A DNA stretch of 64,000 nucleotides from Prasinococcaceae sp. CCMP 1430 (taxonomy: Eukaryota; Plantae; Prasinodermophyta): the NCBI GenBank assembly GCA_013416795.1, contig RQSC01000027.1, forward strand, positions 248,001 through 312,000, written 5' to 3'. The notes below the pieces were generated by a model that ran no database searches, had not been told where the DNA came from, and saw only the letters and a list, made by a program, of their open reading frames with translations. How positions within the stretch are numbered: position 1 is the stretch's first letter; the number at the start of each line of letters is the position of its first letter. The translations under genes and the position numbers were made by a program. Shown one piece after another: positions 56,801 to 64,000 of the stretch.

Positions 56801-57531
56801 AGCGCCCCGGCCAGCAGCGGGCTGCCCTGCGCACCGGGCAGCGCCGAGCAGCGCGCGCCCGCGGGCATGACCATTTCTGGAAGGTTTTTGAGAACCCGGC
56901 GCAGATTGGCGCCGCGTACGCCATCCCCGTCGTTGGTCCCATACGCATGGATCCTGCCGGTGCTATTGAATGTCTTGCCGGGCGCAAACGCGGACAGCAG
57001 CACGGGCTTCTCCATCCATGCCAGCGTCCCTCCGCCGCGGCGCGGCGTGCCCTTCGACTGCCCGCTGGGTGGCTTCGCACCAGGTGGTGCGCCCACTACC
57101 GCGAAGAGCTCGTAGGCGGGATCCGAAAGCTGCGCAGCGGTCGCGGCTGCGGGTGACAGCGAGATGCCGGTGGCGACCTGCATGAGCGCGCTTCCGGCCC
57201 TGCCGCTCTGCGGCGTCGCGGGCGTTGGAGGTGACGCCATCGCGGAGGTCACAGATGGAGAGGCACTTGTCGCCTCCGAGGCCGCCGACGCGTGCCTCGA
57301 GTATGGTGGGCTCGACGCACTGACACTGCCGCTCGCCGCGGAACTCGTTGCCGCATGGGTTGCGCGGTCGCGGCTCTCGGCCTGCGCCACGACTGCCAAG
57401 AATTCCATCTGCCAACCGAGCATCTCGGGATCGCGCAGAGCAATCTCCTCAGTCAGCTTGAACTGCCGCCGGCGCTTCACTTGCCGGCGGAAGCGCCGCG
57501 CGATGCGCTCCCACATTGTGAACACCCCCAT
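53869..57531 (-). CDS. DENN-module (Rab GEF family) protein with three C-terminal cyclic-nucleotide-binding domains
   Basis: DENN: YELFAVVG, NLPEMVMPAG, RRVYCFLTR, VDNCLLLMSAALLE..VVL..KNLGVL..SVLAL.PLL.PL, REYIGAL. CNB: VFRQGD..DGVYFVTRG..FFGEMA..RTAS; IVRRGD..EMFF..G..FFGEGAL..RNAD; VVRRGD.GDSMYFIHSG..YFGEMAL..RVAT. The frame is uninterrupted. Confidence 0.85.
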   Translation of the reverse strand: MGVFTMWERIARRFRRQVKRRRQFKLTEEIALRDPEMLGWQMEFLAVVAQAESRDRATHAATSSAASGSVSASSPPYSRHASAASEATSASPSVTSAMASPPTPATPQSGRAGSALMQVATGISLSPAAATAAQLSDPAYELFAVVGAPPGAKPPSGQSKGTPRRGGGTLAWMEKPVLLSAFAPGKTFNSTGRIHAYGTNDGDGVRGANLRRVLKNLPEMVMPAGARCSALPGAQGSPLLAGALDDMAMRKGALESTEGAYLLRFQPGAQMGGRRPFWVVCLAADELLDAPPLLCEDSDGFRREAATGAARMAGGRQRRFVVTRRVYCFLTRQALFTTTWNVLHALAERQRLRCLGALCGGKVAGIAPPDDTLRAYHKLRVPLRGEIGHFKDSGAELRVPRADVPTEHGDSAAHAVLERGAGGLPLQDGMPPRRWAQEAEEASAIATWAIPALCATLSVDNCLLLMSAALLEYPVVLTHKNLGVLTASVLALAPLLWPLLPMSNLVPIVGPGFERRVQKGRTHGFVVGMPDEKRAGKATGVDKDRLVICDLSANKVKAPGMLPTLPGATALAAALHGSHQILWDEGRVVAREGLPAESGGGGGMFGIGLRRPVSFAGSSESSTYMSRAPPSRPLHSVTAAQATAANQFLGVMREYIGALMTHVEAHVITQSVTAPDGAVERLRLFLEGAMVEGVSGDKRNKEWMEQLAQTNLLTAFVRAHKPNHLDILGRTLLQLPSLSGLSFQSIQQILDALHSVKLRKGKHVFRQGDPSDGVYFVTRGELGVYVAKPDGDDGKLKLPGDRVAGLGQGAFFGEMATDTGRTASIIVESPRCELMKLDKDDRDAILIRDSDFAEKVSTTAEGRQTENAMHNAARIVAVCPLFSQGDEGSEVAVALFPRMQLRSYRPGEYIVRRGDIGREMFFCYDGTAEVLLPSKAGKTLRSSRRSAPATIPEDASVRSSGARAHERGGASRSGVVRLKLGDFFGEGALIETHSKRNADVRAGERGVQVLVLNEDDFSHVMANFPDTLRAIRRTATTRQASTLFLTRGVAQLLRECPFMQHHPQLCDELFAELALETMDPGEVVVRRGDRGDSMYFIHSGSAIVQLHDADPGKSMARSGSDSAITDGEGQKILRTGDYFGEMALLNPDSLRVATVVTGDEGCQLLRLDRDEWQEAVQRHPAALEEVQVVAGERMAEIRALSRRASEPLRPPSTSGDITGT

Positions 57532-57720
57532 TGCGCCGACCTCTTGACGTGGTACCGCACAGGGCGGCGCCTTGCGTTTCCCCCCAGAGCACGCGGCCGG
57601 AGCAACGCGGTCGCTGCACGCCCGGCCCGGCGCGCCGCACGAGCCGCGCCGCGCGGCACGCCTGACGCCTGCGCCCGCGTTCTCCCCAGACGGCAGAAGC
57701 CTCGCCCGCAGTGCGCCACG

Positions 57721-57765
57721 CCGAGCCGAGCCGAGCCGAGCCGAGCCGAGCCGAGCCGAGCCGAG
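57721..57765. repeat. (CCGAG)9 microsatellite upstream of the DENN-CNB gene
   Basis: Nine perfect CCGAG units read directly. Confidence 0.92.
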
Positions 57766-58227
57766 CGATGCGCGCTGTGGCGCGCCCGCACGCGCGCGCG
57801 CACTCACGGCCCAGCTCGCAACAGCCTCGCACACACGTGCTGCGTGCGTGCTCGCTCGCCTGCATCATCGGCAGTGCATCGCTCCTCTCCCTTCGCGGGA
57901 CGCTCCTACGTCACACGCCGCCCGCGGCAAAAGAATCAGGGCAATGCATCGATGCCTTCCATACGTACTTTCCTCACGGCGTATATTCGTATGCGCGTCC
58001 ACAGGTCAGGCGCACGCTCGCCGCGGCGCGCTTGTCGTATTTGGCGCGCGCGCGCCGCTTTTTCGCGTTTCGAAAGCAGTGCCGGCGCAGCGCGCGCGCG
58101 CGGCACACCCGGCGCGGGCGGCGCGAACAGCCGCCCTCGGTCTGAAGGCAGGCCTCTGACGCGGAGCGCGCGGGGCAAGGGGTGGGGGGCGCACGCCTCA
58201 CGCGCCGCGCGCGCGGCCGCGGAGTGT

Positions 58228-59847
58228 ATGGCGCTTTTCGGGGGCGGAGAGGCCGCGCGCGCGGCGGGCGGAGAGGGGGAGGACGTTCTTTTGCAAGCGC
58301 GCCGGTTTCGCTTCCCGCCGCGCGATTCGTCTGGCAGCGAGGAGGAGGAGGGGGAGGGGGGCTGCACCGTAGAATCACCAGAGGAGCCCAGCCCGTCAGT
58401 GCTAGCGTTCGCTCGGGCCGTCCACGCGGTGGTCTGGGCGTGCGCGGTCGTGGCGGCCTCCGTTGGAATCGCCCTCGCGCGCGTCTGGGTGGCGATTCGC
58501 AGCGCCGTGCTGACCACGGCGGAAGAAATGTGGGACCTGCGCGAGGTTGTCGACGCAGCAGCGCTCCACGCCGTCGATGAAGCGAAGGCGGACCATGACG
58601 TCCAGAGCCAGAGCAGCATCGCGAGTAAGGAGCGCCTGGAGCCCACCACGCTTGTGCCCGCTGCGCGCCACGGCCCCGCAAACGTGGCCATGTCCCCGAC
58701 GACGCCGATTCAAATGATGAACTTTGGAAGCGTGGATGTGCCCACGCCAGTGACGAAAGGGCTGCCGATCGTGCACGAGGAGGACGGCCACGAAGGGGAG
58801 AGCTCGGGTAGTGACGACCCCCCTGCGACCGATGGGGGTGCCAAAGAGATGCCAGTGTTCGCCTCCGAGGCTGCGGCGGTGTCGCCCAGGCGCCCGGGCA
58901 TTGGCCGGTACCGCAACGAAGGCCACTGCGGCCCAGATGACGGACGAGAGCCGGGCATGGATGGCGTGCCCCCTCGTCGCCTGCGACGCTTTCGTCGCGG
59001 GCGCGCCTTAACCTCCGCGGACACCCGCAGGTCGAATCATGGCACAAGGACACTGCCACCGCCCGAGGCCATCGCAATCTCAAAAGCCATGCTCGCAATC
59101 GGCGTGGAGAGTGTCGATACGAGCACTCCCTTGCCGCCGTCGACAGCCGCCTGCTACAACAATGGTTTGAGCTCAGCAGACGACGGCGACTCAGACATGG
59201 ACGTTGACGAAGATGGCACGCCTGTGCTGCCCCCGCCGATGCCGCTGAGCCCGGAGGAGTTTGTGATGCTCACGCCCATCGGCGCACCCCTGCCAGAGAG
59301 CTCGAGCAGCTGCAGCGACGACCTGGGCATGCGGAGCAGCGCGTTTCAGACCTCGGTGGCAAGCGTGCTAACGACGCCGTCGGCTGGCGACGACATCACA
59401 TTCCACTCGTTCGCCGTGGGCAGCGACGATATTGAGAGCCCACAGACCAGCTGGTTCCCGCGACGAGGAGACGCGCCGGCAGAGCCGGAGACGTGCTCTG
59501 CGTCCCAGACGCCGGGGTGCGCATGGCGCACGCCAGCGGCGATGCCGCCGGCGGCGAGCCCACCCCACGCCGACGCTCGCGCGGGCCGAGGGCTCTTCAA
59601 TAGCCCCTTGCCGCAGATGCCGGCGACGCAGCACCACACAGTCCGCGAAGGCCTCACAGGCTGGCGCAAGTGCGTCGCGGACAATTGGTGCGAGTGGGTG
59701 GCGAAAGGTGCTGACTTCTCAGCGCTCAAGCTGAATGGCGCACGCCGTCCCGGCGCGACCGCTCGCCGCGTAGCGCGGGCAATGAAGAGCGAAGCAAGAC
59801 GAGCGCTCGAGCGCATCGAGACGAACCGCGGTGGGGCCCACTTCTAA
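58228..59847 (+). CDS. Hypothetical protein with one predicted TM segment and a Ser/Pro/Asp-rich disordered body
   Basis: 540-codon open frame from ATG 58228 with coding-like composition and hydrophobic VHAVVWACAVVAASVGIALARVWVAI. No family recognised. Confidence 0.55.
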   Translation: MALFGGGEAARAAGGEGEDVLLQARRFRFPPRDSSGSEEEEGEGGCTVESPEEPSPSVLAFARAVHAVVWACAVVAASVGIALARVWVAIRSAVLTTAEEMWDLREVVDAAALHAVDEAKADHDVQSQSSIASKERLEPTTLVPAARHGPANVAMSPTTPIQMMNFGSVDVPTPVTKGLPIVHEEDGHEGESSGSDDPPATDGGAKEMPVFASEAAAVSPRRPGIGRYRNEGHCGPDDGREPGMDGVPPRRLRRFRRGRALTSADTRRSNHGTRTLPPPEAIAISKAMLAIGVESVDTSTPLPPSTAACYNNGLSSADDGDSDMDVDEDGTPVLPPPMPLSPEEFVMLTPIGAPLPESSSSCSDDLGMRSSAFQTSVASVLTTPSAGDDITFHSFAVGSDDIESPQTSWFPRRGDAPAEPETCSASQTPGCAWRTPAAMPPAASPPHADARAGRGLFNSPLPQMPATQHHTVREGLTGWRKCVADNWCEWVAKGADFSALKLNGARRPGATARRVARAMKSEARRALERIETNRGGAHF

Positions 59848-60052
59848 ATACCGCTCCGCATGTGTGAGCATCAGCTCAACACTACCGCAGGACGGGAGCA
59901 CACGTCGCCAGTCCGTGCTCGCGCCCTCACGCGCGCGGCCGTGTCACGGCAGTGCCCCCCCACCCACCCATAGACCCACTGCGGGGCGCATACGTATTAA
60001 AAGGGGTTATTATGTCAGTCGTCACACCCCGCCAGTATTATGAAGCTGCTCC

Positions 60053-61827
60053 TCACTCAGCGTGGCAGCTGAACGGCATCCCCCAGGTCTTGCTGTCACG
60101 AACTGTGTGAGTCAGATTCGAGTACAGGCCAAGCACCATGAGCACGAGAGTCATTGCGATCAGCGCGAACTGACCCACTCGCTCGAGCGTGGACAGCTGC
60201 AGGACACCCCTGGTAGCTGCCGCGAGCGCCAGCGCCGCCGGCATGCCGAAGCTGATGTTGGATGCCATGAGCGAGCCGATAATGCCCGTCAGGTCATCGA
60301 AGAATGGCACACCGTTGCTCACAAAGATGCTCCACAGTAGCACGCCACCTGAGATGACCGCCCAGTGCATTCGCCCTCTGGTGCCACGGTCCTCCACTGT
60401 CGCTGGCGAGACGCGCACATGAATGAAGCGCGAAAGCACCTGACTTGTGATGAGGTAGCTGATGACCATGTGCACGAGCATGAAGCCATTGGCGAATCGC
60501 TTCACCGTACCATCCGGCAAGGACTCCATGATGTTGGCTGGAGTCGCCGCTCCCAGGTGCCCGTAGCCCACCAGGCTTACGAGGAGATATATTCCCACCA
60601 TGAAGGGCGCCGCAGCAAGCAGCGCGCGCGGGAAGTGTGCGGGCGTGCACATCTCGGCGATCACTGAGCCGCAGAGAAGTGGAGGTCAGGTACGGCACGC
60701 GGGTCAGCCCAGGCGCACGTGCGCGCACGGCGGCGACAGTAGGCGTGTGCTCGGCGCGGGAGTGGATGTCACAAAAACGACACGAGGGAGGATGCACATA
60801 GGCGAGCGGGCGCCCGCGCCCGCGCGCGCCCGCGCGCCTGCGAGCGCTACGCACTCTCCAAGAACACCGACTGGCCGGCATACGCAAACACGATTCCAGT
60901 GAGTGCCGTAAACTTGTCCATGAAGCTCGAGTTGGCCACCCACACCGGCCCCACGTACTCCTCCACAGTGTCACCGTAGTCGCCGATGCCGCCCCCAGCT
61001 TCGGTTGCCTGCGCAGGAGGCGGCGCCGCGCCAACCCCGCCATCGCCCTCGTCCGAGTGCACGCCTAACCCCCGACCCGCCATGAGCTCGACCATGCAGA
61101 TGCCGACCGCCAAGAGGATAGTCACGGCAGAGACGGCAGACAGGCCCGCGAGGCTGTGCAAGCTGCGCAGCTGCACTGGCATCACAAGCAACAAGCCCGA
61201 CACCACGCTCGCTGGGAGCAAGCATAGTCGCTTGCCGACAGCGAGGCCCTGGACCGCCTCGGCGAGTACCAGCACGTATCCGCCGAGGACAGAAAGAAAA
61301 TACGTGGCCATGAAAGCGTGGCCCATCTGCGCCCAGCGCCGCCCAGCCGCCACGCCGGCGAGCTCGCCATACGAGAGCGCGTTGGGGTACCGCAGCGACA
61401 ACCGCGAGAGCATCCAGCCCGTGTACAGGTTGATGGGTGAGAACAGCACGATCAAGAACATACCGGGCCCCCAGCCGAGCTTGCGTACGTTGCCGGGCAG
61501 TTCGAGCACGCCCGTGCCGACGGTGTCTGCGATGAGAAGCAGCGCAACGTGCCACCACTGCGAGCGGCGCTTGGGCGCCGGCCCTGCTGCTGGCGTACCA
61601 TTGAGCTCGAGGCCGTCGCTGCTTCTCGACGGCCTGCCATCCAGCAGCTCGACGGTGTCGAAGCCGTCGAGATTCGCTGCCACGCTGCTGTGCGTGCTGC
61701 TGTTGCCGGTGCTGCCTCCGCGCGCGCGCGTCCCGGCATGGGAGCGCAGCGGCACGCTCTCCTCATCGACGCCCCCACCGCCGCCGTTTCTCGCGTCCAG
61801 CTCGGCGACGTCCGCATCCACTCCCAT
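60053..61827 (-). CDS. Amino-acid/auxin permease (AAAP, Aa_trans family) transporter. Exons 61827-60855, 60663-60053
   Basis: SQWWHVALLLIADTVGTGVLELP...LGWGPG, IVFAYAGQSVFLE/MIAEM..P..FPRAL, VGYGHLG and VPFFDDLTGIIGSL; about 11 hydrophobic segments; phase-1 GT-AG intron. Confidence 0.9.
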
Positions 61828-61950
61828 ATGCGTTCACGCCCCACACCACCGCCGGCGTGAAGGGGGGAGACGCTCGGCGGCACGAGACCGTGTGTGCGCG
61901 CGTGCGTGTGTGTCTCGCGAGCCGCGCGGCCGGCGCGGCGCGGCGGCCCG

Positions 61951-62022
61951 NNNNNNNNNNNNNNNNNNNNNNNNNNNNNNNNNNNNNNNNNNNNNNNNNN
62001 NNNNNNNNNNNNNNNNNNNNNN
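61951..62022. other. Assembly gap (72 N)
   Basis: Run of N. Confidence 1.
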
Positions 62023-62485
62023 CGCCGAGTTCGCCGCCAGCGAGCCGCGCGGTGCGGGCGCGCGGTGACGCACGATCGGGCGCGAGTGCGCGAGCGCGCG
62101 CGCGGGCGCACTGCGAATGCAGTTCTGGCCGCGCCAGTGCGCACGCGGTCTTCCCTCTTAGAGCACTCCACCGTTGTTGACGCGATTGCTGACGCACGTG
62201 ATTGTTCTCCTCCCTCCCCACCTGCATCCTCTCCGTCCTCGTCCGGCGTGCCACTCAATGGGCACACGCAGCGCTGCGAGCGGCGGCGAGCGCGTTCACG
62301 GACCTGCTAGCACTCGCCTGCGCCGGCGTCGACAAGTTCGGTGGCGAAGACACCAAGGGTACCGCCGCGTGAGCCCGCCAAAGGGCGCGCGGTCGGCTCG
62401 TCTGCGGGTGGAGCGTGTGGGTGCTGCTCGGAGTGGGGTGACCTCCCCAAACGCGCTGGCTCGCCGTCGGGCTACGCCTGGTGGG

Positions 62486-62746
62486 ATGAGCGCGCTGAAG
62501 GCCGAACTTGGGAAGTTCATCGCTGGCGCCGCAGCGCGCAAGCTTTATCGCTCAGCGCTGCGTGTTGCCAGCGATGCGCCTGAGCCGGCGCGGAGCGAGA
62601 TCCGCAAAGAGGCGCGGCGCCAGTTCGAGTTGGGCAGGAACGTCGACGCGAGCGACACCTCGCAGGTGCAGTGGCTGCTCAACGAAGGCACGCGGCAGCT
62701 CAAGGAGCTCAAGGACATGGTCGGGCTGAGCTCGCGCACGCTCTGA
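62486..62746 (+). CDS. Mitochondrial LYR-motif protein (LYRM2-like)
   Basis: ARKLYRSALR...EARRQFE...QWLLNEGTRQLKEL; 86 aa; TGTAA follows the stop. Confidence 0.82.
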   Translation: MSALKAELGKFIAGAAARKLYRSALRVASDAPEPARSEIRKEARRQFELGRNVDASDTSQVQWLLNEGTRQLKELKDMVGLSSRTL

Positions 62747-62846
62747 GTGCCTGTAATTGACGTGTACTATTCTTGATCGAGGAGAGCATTGAAGCCATCA
62801 ACTGCTGCTCCAGTATCTTACATCACTGCCGACTACGAGGGTCTTC

Positions 62847-64000
62847 TCAGCGAGGCGCACTGCACGCGATCTCATCCGTCCCTCCGTGCAAGCCAACAGC
62901 GCCAAAGCGACCCGCCAGCAGCGACACGCCCTTCGAGCTGTGAACGGACACGGGGACGCTCGCTGTGCTCGGTGCTCGCATCGGGCGCGGCGACTTGCGC
63001 GGCGATATGGCCACACGGGCACTTCCGAAGTCGTCGATGCTCTGCGCCACAGCCGGCGCCGGTGGGTCCTCACAGCAGCCCCTGTGAATGTCGTCAAGCG
63101 ACTCGAACTGCACGCGTATCACGGGAGTGTCTGATTTTGTCTTGCCATCGGCGATGCTGGTCACGAGGTCCCGCCGCTTGCACCGGCCCCTGCCGGGTCG
63201 GTGGGGGACGAGGACGGCGAGTGTATTGGCGGGCAGCAGGTGCCACTTAGGGGATTCTCCCGAGGCATCGTCGCCCTGCAGGTTGAGAGGCTCGCTGGCG
63301 AAGATCAGAGTGTCCGAGGTCATGTGGCTGGCACGAGGGCGGCCGCCTTCTGTGAACGACTGCGACTGTGCTTCGGCGTGGCAATCACCCTGCTGTTGGG
63401 GCTGCTGCAGACTCGATGTCAGGGCAGACCTCGCAGGCTCCGCTGCGGGCGCAGGCAGCGTGGGCGTGCTCGCCACCTTGCGGTCCGCCCTTTGACGGGG
63501 CGCGCTGGAATCGCCACCCCCACAGGCGACCGCCGGCAGCGAGGCCGTCCTCGCCACCTCACGGGCCGTCCCATGGCGGGGTGCGCTGGAACTGCCGCTC
63601 CCACAGGAGGAGGACAGGGAGAGGGTACCTTCCGAGTGTGCCTGCGGCTGCTGCTGCTGCCGAGGCTGCTGATTTTGAGGCTTGGGCGTACAGGGCGCCC
63701 CGTCGCCTGCCATCCGATTGTTGTCCTCCATGGAAGAAACCTCCAACATGCTGCCCTTCATGTGGTTTACCATGGCGCCCGTCTTGGAGAAGTTCCACTC
63801 CTTGTCTCCTCGAAAAGGCCGGTGCAGGCAGTAGTAGAGCGAGGGCGGCTGCTTGCCCTTCTCTTTCTCGACGAAGCTGCGGTAGCGGGTGGCCACCGTG
63901 GTCTCCCCGTCCGTCACAGCTATGTTGAGGCTCGATGCCACGCCAGGTGTCAGCTCGACGACCTTCCGAAGCATGGTGCGAACCGCTTCCTTTATCACCG
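62847..64000 (-). CDS. Class II glutamine amidotransferase (GATase_4, EgtC/Dug3-like), 3' part only
   Basis: SSLNIAVTDGETTVATRY, PPSLYY and IFASEPL...WHLLPANT, with a long S/Q/P-rich insertion. The 5' end lies beyond the window. Confidence 0.75.
   Translation of the reverse strand, partial: VIKEAVRTMLRKVVELTPGVASSLNIAVTDGETTVATRYRSFVEKEKGKQPPSLYYCLHRPFRGDKEWNFSKTGAMVNHMKGSMLEVSSMEDNNRMAGDGAPCTPKPQNQQPRQQQQPQAHSEGTLSLSSSCGSGSSSAPRHGTAREVARTASLPAVACGGGDSSAPRQRADRKVASTPTLPAPAAEPARSALTSSLQQPQQQGDCHAEAQSQSFTEGGRPRASHMTSDTLIFASEPLNLQGDDASGESPKWHLLPANTLAVLVPHRPGRGRCKRRDLVTSIADGKTKSDTPVIRVQFESLDDIHRGCCEDPPAPAVAQSIDDFGSARVAISPRKSPRPMRAPSTASVPVSVHSSKGVSLLAGRFGAVGLHGGTDEIACSAPR

Noticed and set aside
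57721-57765. Regular short repeats as a possible CRISPR array
   Set aside because: Perfect 5-mer microsatellite with no spacers or cas genes, in a eukaryotic context.
600-60854. Introns as possible introner (mobile intron) elements
   Set aside because: By eye the introns share only donor, CTGAC branch-like and acceptor motifs, not extended sequence identity.
61847-62310. ORFs spanning the N-run
   Set aside because: They cross an assembly gap, so frame continuity is artificial.
36404-64000. Nitrogen-metabolism cluster (NIT kinase, amino-acid transporter, amidotransferase)
   Set aside because: The genes are more than 20 kb apart with unrelated genes between them, and no nitrate reductase or nitrate transporter is nearby.

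Overview
Gene-dense, very GC-rich eukaryotic nuclear DNA. It is most likely from a unicellular green alga (prasinophyte/Prasinoderma-like is inference). Support: a green-type LHC gene, a nuclear plastid ClpP, short GT-AG introns with CTGAC-like branch points, and TGTAA poly(A)-like signals behind several stop codons. About 22 protein genes are supported: an Lhca-type LHC, kinesin-12/KIF15-like, a Tudor+SAM protein, UBE2S, ClpP, a 3D-domain protein, a plant-type FHA-AAA ATPase, an exonuclease-RecG fusion, a TNO1/golgin-like protein, PARP16-like, a tandem sulfotransferase-like protein, GCP5, a polyproline/WH2 protein, a NIT-domain kinase, a GAR-like coiled-coil protein, BLTP2/SABRE, PIG-V, an EF-hand protein, a DENN+3xCNB protein, an orphan membrane protein, an amino-acid transporter, a LYR protein and a partial class II amidotransferase. 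There is a 72-N assembly gap. I recognised no rRNA, tRNA, CRISPR array or transposon. The most interesting items are two apparent one-component signalling fusions: a DENN (Rab-GEF) module followed by three cyclic-nucleotide-binding domains, and a NIT (nitrate/nitrite-sensing) domain fused to a Raf-like kinase, whose second NIT motif only appears after splicing. A bacterial-type peptidoglycan-related 3D-domain gene with an intron is also notable. All family calls come from motif recognition by eye; no searches were run.
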